Below are positions 55,098 to 63,433 of a stretch of 64,000 nucleotides of DNA, piece by piece (within the stretch, counting starts at the first letter, position 1; every line of letters begins with the position of its first letter). The translations under genes and the position numbers were made by a program. Under the pieces are notes generated by a model that was not told the origin of the DNA, did not search any database, and saw only the letters and a list, made by a program, of their open reading frames with translations. The stretch covers positions 1,041 to 65,040 of the forward strand of contig CAMKGA010000001.1 of NCBI GenBank assembly GCA_946412015.1, in the 5' to 3' direction. Origin of the DNA: an uncultured Bacillales bacterium. GTDB lineage: Bacteria > Bacillota_I > Bacilli_A > RF39 > UBA660.

Positions 55098-56186
55098 CTA
55101 ATATTTATTTATTACATCAATAACATAACTAATATCTTTATTACTCATGCCATAATATAAAGGTAAGCTTAATTCTTCTTTGGATATTAATTCAGCAAAT
55201 GGTAGATCATTTAAAGCATCATTTTTGTATGCATCTTGTTTAGCTATTGAAATAGGATAATGAATAACAGTTTCAATACCTTTTTCCTTTAAATAATTTT
55301 GAAAATCATTTCTTTCTTTTGTTCTGATTGCAAAAATATGCCACACATGATTTCTGTCTTTTTTTAATTTTGGTAAAATAATTTTTTTGTTACTAATTCT
55401 AAGCAAATATTTATTAGCTATTTCATTTCTTTTACTGATCATTTCATCGATATGTTTTAGTTTAATATTTAAAATTCCAGCTTGAATTTCATCCAACCGA
55501 GAATTAACACCTTTGTAAATATGATGATATTTTATATTTGAACCATAATTTGATAACGCTCTAATTCTATTTGCATATTCTATGTTATTAGTTAAAACAG
55601 CTCCAGCATCTCCCAGTGCACCTAAATTTTTCCCTGGATAAAAGCTAAAGCAAGATATATCGCCAAAGCTTCCAACTTTCTTATCCTTATAAATAGCTCC
55701 ATGTGCTTGAGCGCAATCTTCAATCAAATATAAATTATTCTTTTTAGCTATTTCTAGAATATCATCCATATCTGCACTTTGACCATATAAATGTACAACA
55801 ATAATAGCTTTTGTTTTCTTTGTAATACTTTTATTTATATTTTCAGGTGAAATATTATAAGTATCAATATCTGGATCAACTAAAATTGGTTTAGCTCCTA
55901 CTTGCGATATTGCTAAAACTGTTGCAATAAAAGTATTGGAAGGCACGATTACTTCATCACCAGGTCCTATATTTAATGAAAGTAAGGCTATTTTTATTGC
56001 ATCAAGGCCATTGCCTACACCAATGCAATATTCACAACCAATATATTTTGCAAAGTTTTTCTCAAAAGTTTTAACCTCATTACCTTGTATATACCATCCA
56101 GAATCGTATATTTCTTCAATTTTTTTCATTATCTCTTCTTTTAAATCACTATGTAAATAGTTAAATGTTGAAAATGGCACTTTCAT
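55098..56186 (-). CDS. DegT/DnrJ/EryC1-family sugar aminotransferase
   Basis: [16 protein letters not shown] and [17 protein letters not shown] (PLP lysine). RBS AAGGAGA lies before ATG 56186. The track ORF starts at 56225. Confidence 0.85.
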   Translation of the reverse strand: MKVPFSTFNYLHSDLKEEIMKKIEEIYDSGWYIQGNEVKTFEKNFAKYIGCEYCIGVGNGLDAIKIALLSLNIGPGDEVIVPSNTFIATVLAISQVGAKPILVDPDIDTYNISPENINKSITKKTKAIIVVHLYGQSADMDDILEIAKKNNLYLIEDCAQAHGAIYKDKKVGSFGDISCFSFYPGKNLGALGDAGAVLTNNIEYANRIRALSNYGSNIKYHHIYKGVNSRLDEIQAGILNIKLKHIDEMISKRNEIANKYLLRISNKKIILPKLKKDRNHVWHIFAIRTKERNDFQNYLKEKGIETVIHYPISIAKQDAYKNDALNDLPFAELISKEELSLPLYYGMSNKDISYVIDVINKY

Positions 56187-56599
56187 GTTTTTTCTCCTTT
56201 TTTTTATAGTACTTTTCATAATCATTATAATTTCTTATATAATCGTTTTCATCATAATAATCACTAGCAAGCACCATTAATACAGCATCATCTTCAAAGT
56301 CATACATCTCTCTCCAAATATCAGTACCAATGTAAAAGTCCTTGACTTGGATTATCTAAAATTATAATCTTTTCTTCATTCGGCGTTTTCAATAAAATTT
56401 TCACGCTTCCATGTACACATATTAAAACTTGTTCTAATTTTTTATGAGAATGGAATCCTCTTCTTACTTCAGGTTCAACTTCATATATATAATATACTCT
56501 TTTAATATTAAATGGTATCTCTTTATTTTCTTCGAGTGCAATTAATTTCCCATACTTATCTAAATGATATTTATAATTATATTTTTTAATTTTTTTCAT
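56161..56599 (-). pseudogene. FdtA/QdtA/WxcM-type dTDP-sugar 3,4-ketoisomerase (cupin) interrupted by a +1 frameshift
   Basis: The frame from ATG 56599 gives MKKIKKYNYKYHLDKYGKLIALEENKEIPFNIKRVYYIYEV...HSHKKLEQVLICVHGSVKILL...NPSQGL and then stops (track ORF 56321-56647). Removing one base from the A4 run at 56334-56337 continues as [36 protein letters not shown]... to the stop at 56161. Confidence 0.65.
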
Positions 56600-57798
56600 T
56601 TTTTTATCAATCCTTTTATCTTCCTCAATGGTTTTGTAATTTTCCAAGATAAAGATTTTTTTAACATATTTAAATTAGTTTCTAATATATTGATTTTATC
56701 ACTATAAAAATTTATAATATTTGATTGTTTTTCAATAATCTCATTACTACAATTAATTGCTTTTCCAACAGCAGAATTGCAATCATTTATAATGTTATAA
56801 TTAAAAACGTCATATGTTTTTCCACTATCTTTATAAAAATCTTTAAGATAATAATTATATTTTTTTTCAAATATTTTAAAAAGCTTATCCTTATCGTGAT
56901 ATTCATATACAAGTGATAAAGCAAGTTGCATATTCACTACTCCCATAAACTCATACTTCATTAATAAAAAATATTTTTCACAAATTAATTCTTCAGTAGT
57001 ACTACTATTCTTATTTACAAATAAATCATTAAAAGCTTCTATAAACAATTTGTCCTTTATGTTTTTTATCATCCAACCAATAATTGAATTATTCTCATTC
57101 ACAACTCTAATCATACTCTCGCAAGTATTATTACTTAAATTTTTTTTACTTTTTTTAAATCTTCGATATTTTAATAACTTTTCATTGATTATATAGATAT
57201 CATATTCGTTTATCAATCTTACCCAATAATCATAATCATGTAATTGTCTATATGTAATATCATAGTCACCAATTTTATTAATTACACTTTTTCTTATTAA
57301 TGAACTAGAATGACATAAATGATTACCTATTTCAAAAAACAACCTCATTCTTTTCGAACTTTTCATATTTTCGTTTCTGAATATTTCATGATTAAAAGCA
57401 TCATCATCAGTATAAATTCTATTATTTTCATCAATTATTTCTGCAGATGAAAATACTGCACCTATCTTTTTATTATTTTCTAAAACTTTAACCTGCTTTT
57501 CTATTTTATCTGTTTCCCAAATATCATCAGATCCTATTATAGCAATATATTCACCATTACATTTTTTCATAAGCTCATTTATAGTTCTAACAGTTCCCTT
57601 ATTCTTTTTAGAATATAAAACTTTCAACCTATAGTCCTTAATTTTTTTTAATACGTTAACACTATTATCAGTTGAACAATCATCCATAACGTAAACTTCA
57701 ATATTTTTATAGGTTTGATTTAACACACTCATAATACACTCATTTATATATTTATCATGATTATATGAAGGTATTATAACACTAACTAATTTTTTCAT
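56596..57798 (-). CDS. GT2 glycosyltransferase (400 aa)
   Basis: VSVIIPSYNHDKYINECIMSVLNQTYKNIEVYVMDDCSTDNS and GSDDIW. The C-terminal ~170 aa are an unrecognised helical extension. Confidence 0.8.
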   Translation of the reverse strand: MKKLVSVIIPSYNHDKYINECIMSVLNQTYKNIEVYVMDDCSTDNSVNVLKKIKDYRLKVLYSKKNKGTVRTINELMKKCNGEYIAIIGSDDIWETDKIEKQVKVLENNKKIGAVFSSAEIIDENNRIYTDDDAFNHEIFRNENMKSSKRMRLFFEIGNHLCHSSSLIRKSVINKIGDYDITYRQLHDYDYWVRLINEYDIYIINEKLLKYRRFKKSKKNLSNNTCESMIRVVNENNSIIGWMIKNIKDKLFIEAFNDLFVNKNSSTTEELICEKYFLLMKYEFMGVVNMQLALSLVYEYHDKDKLFKIFEKKYNYYLKDFYKDSGKTYDVFNYNIINDCNSAVGKAINCSNEIIEKQSNIINFYSDKINILETNLNMLKKSLSWKITKPLRKIKGLIKK

Positions 57799-57867
57799 AT
57801 AAACCTCCTGATTTTAACAACATAGCTATATAAATTGTATCATAAATATAGTTAAAAAAAAAGTTTT

Positions 57868-57903
57868 TAATAAAACAAGGAACAAAAAATATTCCTTGTT
57901 TTA
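57868..57903 (-). terminator. Terminator after the muramidase gene
   Basis: Minus strand AAAACAAGGAA-(9 nt)-TTCCTTGTTTT followed by ATTAAAAACTTTTTTTTT. Confidence 0.55.
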
Positions 57904-57917
57904 TTATTTATATACTA

Positions 57918-60185
57918 TCAATATAAAAATATACTCATATCAACACCTGTATTTATTCCAGGAACTGATGCATTATCAGAATATTGCCAGCCTCTCCAAG
58001 AATATGGATATGAATTTTCACTAGAATACTGAGCAATCCAATCCAAATAAGATCTAGTTTTATCATTAAATCTATTAAGAGCGAACCAGTAATAACTATA
58101 AATTCTAGTTCTAATGCCGTTATTATCCAAATATCCAATAAATGTTTCAGCAATTTCTTGATAAGCATCTTTTGTAATATCATCCGAATTATCTACAGTA
58201 GTATTATAGCCTTCAAGATCATAATATACACTCATTGCAGGTTTTAATTTATATTTAGTGTATAAACTCAACATATTTTTAGCTTCTTCAAGAGCTTCAG
58301 AACTATTGTGAGCATAACTATATAAATATACTGTATACGGAATATTCAAACGTTTAATCTCTTTAATGTAATACTCAAAATAAGCATCTTCAGAAGTCCA
58401 ATATCCTATTCTTAGTATAACTCCATCAATTTGACCAGAATTATATAATGAATCAAAATCAATGTTTCCTTGATGTGAAGAAATATCTACATATACCTTT
58501 ACATCAGAATATTTAAGTGCCCCCTGAGAGTCAAAAATATATCTAACCCCATCAATTACCTGATTACCAGTTGCCACAGTTCCATCTGGAAATGTATAAT
58601 ATTTTTTTCCATCTTGATTTATCCATCCAGTCCTAAATGCATCAACAGTTGAAGTCGGACCATTTTCACCTTTCTTAATCATTTTTACTTGATAAGCTTC
58701 TATTCTATAAGAATATCCTTGAGTACCGGCAGATTCACCATTTTTTGCCCATCCTAGCCATCCTATATTTTGCACATGAACTCGATAATATATATCATAT
58801 TGCTCTGCTATATCTCCGGTTAACTTTATTCTTATTGCTTCTATTTGTTTTGCTTGGCCAATTGTTCCTGATGTTTCACCATTTTTATGCCAAGCGGATT
58901 CCCAACCTATATTTTGAATATGTGTTTGATACTCTATATTGCCAGTTGGCAAACCATTATTTAAATATAATTTTATTCCTTCAACACGCAATCCCATTCC
59001 TGTCGTTCCTGAAATATCATCTGCTTTAACCCTATTTTGCCATCCAATGTTTTGTACATGAGACTGATAGTACAAATAATCCATTTTAAATGCATCGATA
59101 TTTGAAGAAGGAGCATCATTACCTTTTTTCACTAATTTAACTTGATATGCCTCTATTCTATAAGCATATCCCTGAGTGCCAGCAGATTCACCATTTTTTG
59201 CCCATCCTAGCCATCCTATATTCTGCACGTGAACTCGATAATATATATCATATTGTTCTGCTAATCTTCCATTTAATCTTATTCTTATTGCTTCAAGTTG
59301 TTTTGCTTGACCAACTGTGCCTGATGTGTCTCCATTTTTATGCCATATAGATTCCCAGCCTATATTTTGAATATGTGCTTGATACTCTATATCTGAATTA
59401 TAAATGTCATCGGTTAAATATAATTTTATTCCTTCAACGCGTAATCCCATTCCTGTTGTTCCTGAAATATCATTTGATTTTACTTTATCCTGCCATCCTA
59501 TATTTTGAACGTGTGATTCATACGACAAACTTTGTTTTAAAAAAGGTCTATCTTCATCAAAAATGGTTTCTTGATTTTTTTTTACAAGTTGTGCTTGAAA
59601 AGCTATTATTTTTAAATCATAACCATTATTTCCAGATAAAGCACCATTTTTGGCCCAATCCAACCAACCAATATTTTCAACGTATGAACGATAATAAATA
59701 TCATATTCACTTGCAATTGTACCAGATAATTTTATACTAAAAGCTTCTATCTGCTTTCCTTGGCCTTCTGTACCAGACATTTGTCCATTTTTTACCCATT
59801 CTAAATTAGCATCTTCACCTTTTATATATACTTTATATTCAATACAATCGTTTTCAGTAGCATTATTTAATCTAATTTTTATCGCTTCAATACCAAAGTT
59901 ACTGTCTATTACCCCAGAAATTTGATTCATGGCAACTGTCGCCTGCCAACCTACATTTTGAATATGAGACTCATAAGAAATTGAATAATCATCTAATGAT
60001 TCAGTAGAATATTTTGAGTTAATCAAATTTTCTTCTTGTACTTGCGTAATATATTCATTGTAAGTCTCATCACCTTCATTATTAATTACAGTATCTAATT
60101 CTTCATCAAAACATTTAACTTTTACCAAATAAAAAGAAAACAATAGAACAAAAGCAATAAAATATACAATTTTTTTATTTTTCAT
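57918..60185 (-). CDS. Secreted ChW-repeat / cell-wall-binding-repeat / GH25 muramidase (autolysin-like)
   Basis: Signal peptide MKNKKIVYFIAFVLLFSFYLVKV. Nine ChW-type repeats (H[IV]QNIGW...). One Cpl-type repeat GWINQDGKKYYTFPDGTVATG. C-terminal GH25 domain VDISSHQGNIDFDSL...GVILRIGY. Confidence 0.8.
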   Translation of the reverse strand: MKNKKIVYFIAFVLLFSFYLVKVKCFDEELDTVINNEGDETYNEYITQVQEENLINSKYSTESLDDYSISYESHIQNVGWQATVAMNQISGVIDSNFGIEAIKIRLNNATENDCIEYKVYIKGEDANLEWVKNGQMSGTEGQGKQIEAFSIKLSGTIASEYDIYYRSYVENIGWLDWAKNGALSGNNGYDLKIIAFQAQLVKKNQETIFDEDRPFLKQSLSYESHVQNIGWQDKVKSNDISGTTGMGLRVEGIKLYLTDDIYNSDIEYQAHIQNIGWESIWHKNGDTSGTVGQAKQLEAIRIRLNGRLAEQYDIYYRVHVQNIGWLGWAKNGESAGTQGYAYRIEAYQVKLVKKGNDAPSSNIDAFKMDYLYYQSHVQNIGWQNRVKADDISGTTGMGLRVEGIKLYLNNGLPTGNIEYQTHIQNIGWESAWHKNGETSGTIGQAKQIEAIRIKLTGDIAEQYDIYYRVHVQNIGWLGWAKNGESAGTQGYSYRIEAYQVKMIKKGENGPTSTVDAFRTGWINQDGKKYYTFPDGTVATGNQVIDGVRYIFDSQGALKYSDVKVYVDISSHQGNIDFDSLYNSGQIDGVILRIGYWTSEDAYFEYYIKEIKRLNIPYTVYLYSYAHNSSEALEEAKNMLSLYTKYKLKPAMSVYYDLEGYNTTVDNSDDITKDAYQEIAETFIGYLDNNGIRTRIYSYYWFALNRFNDKTRSYLDWIAQYSSENSYPYSWRGWQYSDNASVPGINTGVDMSIFLY
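58626..59978 (-). repeat. Three tandem 453-bp (151-aa) supermodules, each of three ChW repeats
   Basis: SH(I/V)QN(I/V)GWQ recurs at residues 73, 224 and 375. Modules 2 and 3 are about 85 percent identical at protein level, with long identical DNA stretches (e.g. around 58745 and 59198). Confidence 0.85.
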
Positions 60186-61273
60186 ACATCAGCATCCTTT
60201 CTTTTCTTTTTAATTAATTTACTTACCAAGTTAACTAATTGAGATCTTGTAAATTCAATTATAAAACCAGTAGTAAATATTATTATAACACCAACAAATA
60301 TCCTATACACCATTTTATAAGAATAAAAATATCCATTATCTATTTTCAAAAACTTATATATGTACTTTCTAACAATATTGTTATCATGAAACAAATATAT
60401 ACCAAAAACAGTGGTTGATAATAAATTAATTATTTTATTTTTAAATTTTAGAGTCCTAAAGAATTCAAAAAAGCATACTGATTGCAATATTATAATTGGG
60501 TTTGAATATGCTAATCTTACATTTATAAATCTATTGGCAAAAAAAGAATATACACTATTTAATCCATTTATTTTAAAGGAAAACTCAGTAATAGAAAAAT
60601 TGAAAAAAGCTAGTAAAAAGAACAATAGAAACATAACAATTCTATATTTTTTTTCACTCAAATTTTTAAAATAATACATTTCCTTTAATGGATACTTTCT
60701 TAAATATGCTCCAATAAAATATAGAAAAATAAAATGAAAAAAATTAAAACCATCATTATTTAGAAATTTTAATCCCGTTATATAAGGAAGTACAGAAAGT
60801 ACTAAAAAAGCAACTAATAAAAATTTTTTATATTCATCTTTTGAGATTCTATTAATAAAAATATTTAAATAATCACTAAAAATATAAACTATAAGATAAC
60901 ATGAAATAAACCAATAATCTGCTACTGATGATGGCAATGCATTTTCAATAAACATAACAATGTTATGATTTTTTACTAATCCTAATATTACAGCTATAGT
61001 AAATATAACAAAAGAATATGTAACAGATTGAAATATAAGTTTAAATGCTTTTTTCCTTTTAAAAGTGCTATTACTTTGAAAATATCCTGTTAATATTAAA
61101 AAGGAATTAACATGAACTATAATTATAAAAAAAATAATATCTAATAATATTCTTAAACTTGGATTTTGACAATTATTAAAAACATTTCCATGCCCTATCG
61201 TATGACAAAGAATTATAAAAATAATTGAAATAATTCTCATTAATTCAAAATTTGATTGTCTCTCTTTACTCAT
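60182..61273 (-). CDS. Acyltransferase family 3 (AT3) integral membrane O-acyltransferase
   Basis: 363 aa and about 10 TM segments. N-terminus NFELMRIISIIFIILCHT. The stop overlaps the muramidase start (4 nt). Confidence 0.8.
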   Translation of the reverse strand: MSKERQSNFELMRIISIIFIILCHTIGHGNVFNNCQNPSLRILLDIIFFIIIVHVNSFLILTGYFQSNSTFKRKKAFKLIFQSVTYSFVIFTIAVILGLVKNHNIVMFIENALPSSVADYWFISCYLIVYIFSDYLNIFINRISKDEYKKFLLVAFLVLSVLPYITGLKFLNNDGFNFFHFIFLYFIGAYLRKYPLKEMYYFKNLSEKKYRIVMFLLFFLLAFFNFSITEFSFKINGLNSVYSFFANRFINVRLAYSNPIIILQSVCFFEFFRTLKFKNKIINLLSTTVFGIYLFHDNNIVRKYIYKFLKIDNGYFYSYKMVYRIFVGVIIIFTTGFIIEFTRSQLVNLVSKLIKKKRKDADV

Positions 61274-61479
61274 AAATCCCCCATGCTACCATTACATGTA
61301 TTATTTTATCATATAATTCTATAAAATAAAAGAGATTATTTTCAAAAAAGAAAACATCGAAAAAAGAAAACATGAAATAAAAATTAATATAATTTTGTAA
61401 ATTTTTTATATAAATTATATTTTCTATTCAACTAACTTTATACTATAACCACTGTCCAATTACTTTAATATTAAAAAAA

Positions 61480-62238
61480 CTAAATATATTTTTTTAATAA
61501 TTCAGTAATAATTTCATATCCTTTGTCATTCACATGTAATCCATCATCTGAATAATCTGGATTAAGTTTATCATCTTTAATCAATAAATCATATACATTA
61601 ATGTATTCTGCATATTTTATATCTTTTATATATTTTTCTATTTCTTTATTAATATTTTTAATTCTTTCGTTATCCCTAATATTAACCATATAATCATCTA
61701 TATCTTTATTAACAGGATAAATTGATTCTACATATATACCGGCAAATGGAAGTTTTTCATGTATTTCATTTATTATTTGCTTTATATCAGATAATATTTT
61801 GTCATCACTGTCATCAGTTATTAAGTTATTTGTGCCAATCAAAATAAATATTTTAGAAGGATTATATTTGTATATTCTACCATACATATCAGATAATATA
61901 TCAGAACATACATTGCTATCCACACCACTATTTACTACATTGTTGTCAGGAAAATATTTATTTAAATCATATCTATGAGTTATAGAATCTCCAAGAAATA
62001 CAATATTTTCGGCAATTTTATCTTTATATTTTGTAACAGTTTTTATTTTTGTTTTATGATGATTAAATGTCACAAAATGATAACTTATAAATATTATAAA
62101 TATTAAAATCACAGCAAGCAATAATTTAACAAGTGAATTATAATACATTATATTATTATATGTAGGTATCTTTGGAAAAAAAGTTCTTCTATAATTCACT
62201 TTTCTTTTATTTTTCTTATTCACAACTAACAACTCCAC
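61480..62238 (-). CDS. Membrane-anchored SGNH/GDSL hydrolase-fold protein
   Basis: TM segment LLLAVILIFIIFISYHFV, then block I VFLGDSIT, block III GTNN and block V DGLHVN. The start is uncertain (GTG 62238, GTG 62223 or an internal ATG). Confidence 0.75.
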   Translation of the reverse strand: MELLVVNKKNKRKVNYRRTFFPKIPTYNNIMYYNSLVKLLLAVILIFIIFISYHFVTFNHHKTKIKTVTKYKDKIAENIVFLGDSITHRYDLNKYFPDNNVVNSGVDSNVCSDILSDMYGRIYKYNPSKIFILIGTNNLITDDSDDKILSDIKQIINEIHEKLPFAGIYVESIYPVNKDIDDYMVNIRDNERIKNINKEIEKYIKDIKYAEYINVYDLLIKDDKLNPDYSDDGLHVNDKGYEIITELLKKYI

Positions 62239-62304
62239 TCTATATTTTTTTAAGCCATTAATAGATTATCATATTTTATTAAATGTGTAAATAGTATTAT
62301 TTTA

Positions 62305-62332
62305 AATATAAAAATACGATTACTCGTATTTA
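62305..62332 (-). terminator. Weak A/U-rich terminator after rmlB
   Basis: Minus strand AAATACGA-gtaa-TCGTATTT followed by TTATATTT. Confidence 0.45.
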
Positions 62333-62427
62333 TTATTACTATTTAATAATATCATAATTTTTAATAATTAAAAACTATATTTTTCTTATTTAATTTAATA
62401 AATGTAAATAAATGTAAAAAAAGAAGC

Positions 62428-63432
62428 TTAATCTTTATAAGCATTCTTATATTCACCAGATTTAATATTATTAATCCAATCTTGGTTATTAACATACCAA
62501 TCTATAGTTTCTTTAATACCACTTTCAAATGTATATGTTCTATCCCAATTAAGTTCTTTCTCTACTTTAGTAGAATCAATTGCATATCTTAAATCATGAC
62601 CTGGTCTATCTGTTACATATTCAATTAAATCTTCACTTTTACCAAGTTGTTTTAAAATAGTCTTTACAACCTCTAAATTAGTTCTTTCTGAATGTCCTCC
62701 AAGATTGTAAACCTCTCCTACTTTACCATTTCTAACTATTAAATCTACACCAATATTATGATCAATTACATGAATCCAATCACGTACATTCTCACCCTTA
62801 CCATATACTGGAATTTTTTCATCATTTAAAGCCTTGCTAATTACCACTGGAATTAATTTTTCAGGGAATTGATAAGGTCCATAGTTATTTGAACAACGAG
62901 AAATAGTTACAGGAAGACCATAAGTTCTATGATATGCCATAACAAGCAGGTCTGCACTTGCTTTAGAAGATGAGTATGGGCTTGATGTATGAAGTGGTGT
63001 ATCTTCAGTAAATAATAAATCAGGTCTATCTAAAGGAAGATCTCCATACACCTCATCAGTAGAAACTTGATGATATCTTTTAATATTATGACGTCTTGCT
63101 GCATCCATTAAAGTTTGTGTTCCTATAATGTTTGTCATTAAAAACAATCTAGGATTTTTAATAGAATTATCAACGTGTGATTCTGCGGCAAAATTGATTA
63201 CTATATCAAATTGTTCTTCATCAAATAGTTTTTCAACAAAATCTTTATCAGTAATATCGCCATGAACAAATTTATAATTCTCTTTATTTTCTAAATCTTT
63301 AATATTATTATAATTACCCGCATAAGTTAATGCATCTAAACAAACAAAATAATCTTCAGGATATTTATTAACTACATAATGCATATAGTTACTTCCAATA
63401 AATCCTGCTCCACCAGTTACTAAAAACTTCAT
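62428..63432 (-). CDS. rfbB: dTDP-glucose 4,6-dehydratase
   Basis: MKFLVTGGAGFIGSNY, YSSSKASAD (YxxxK) and the extended SDR layout. Confidence 0.9.
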   Translation of the reverse strand: MKFLVTGGAGFIGSNYMHYVVNKYPEDYFVCLDALTYAGNYNNIKDLENKENYKFVHGDITDKDFVEKLFDEEQFDIVINFAAESHVDNSIKNPRLFLMTNIIGTQTLMDAARRHNIKRYHQVSTDEVYGDLPLDRPDLLFTEDTPLHTSSPYSSSKASADLLVMAYHRTYGLPVTISRCSNNYGPYQFPEKLIPVVISKALNDEKIPVYGKGENVRDWIHVIDHNIGVDLIVRNGKVGEVYNLGGHSERTNLEVVKTILKQLGKSEDLIEYVTDRPGHDLRYAIDSTKVEKELNWDRTYTFESGIKETIDWYVNNQDWINNIKSGEYKNAYKD

Positions 63433-63433
63433 A

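Noticed and set aside
58745-59740. Three plus-strand ORFs (94, 67 and 121 aa) and a nested minus-strand ORF (57953-58183) inside the ChW/GH25 gene
   Set aside because: They are antisense or out of frame within a gene that has strong repeat and domain evidence. Their similarity to each other simply reflects the 453-bp coding repeat. Translations are low complexity and there are no RBSs.
9383-60674. Other short antisense or nested ORFs in the track: 9383-9589, 13687-13932, 16695-16958, 17690-17884, 18349-18555, 19624-19866, 22082-22264, 23159-23341, 26692-26874, 30665-30853, 33355-33564, 39389-39586, 41811-42005, 42087-42287, 55936-56160, 56725-56916 and 60411-60674
   Set aside because: Each overlaps a longer ORF that has recognisable family motifs or operon context. 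All are 60-90 aa, Leu/Ile/Phe/Ser-rich as expected for random frames in AT-rich DNA, and lack RBSs.
61344-61373. Tandem 16-nt direct repeat (AAAAAAGAAAACAT twice, 2-nt spacer) upstream of the AT3 gene, and TAAATGTAAA twice at 62399-62418
   Set aside because: Both are very low-complexity A-rich sequence in A/T-rich spacers, present in only two copies, with no associated inverted repeat or ORF. They could be operator-like sites, but this is indistinguishable from chance here.
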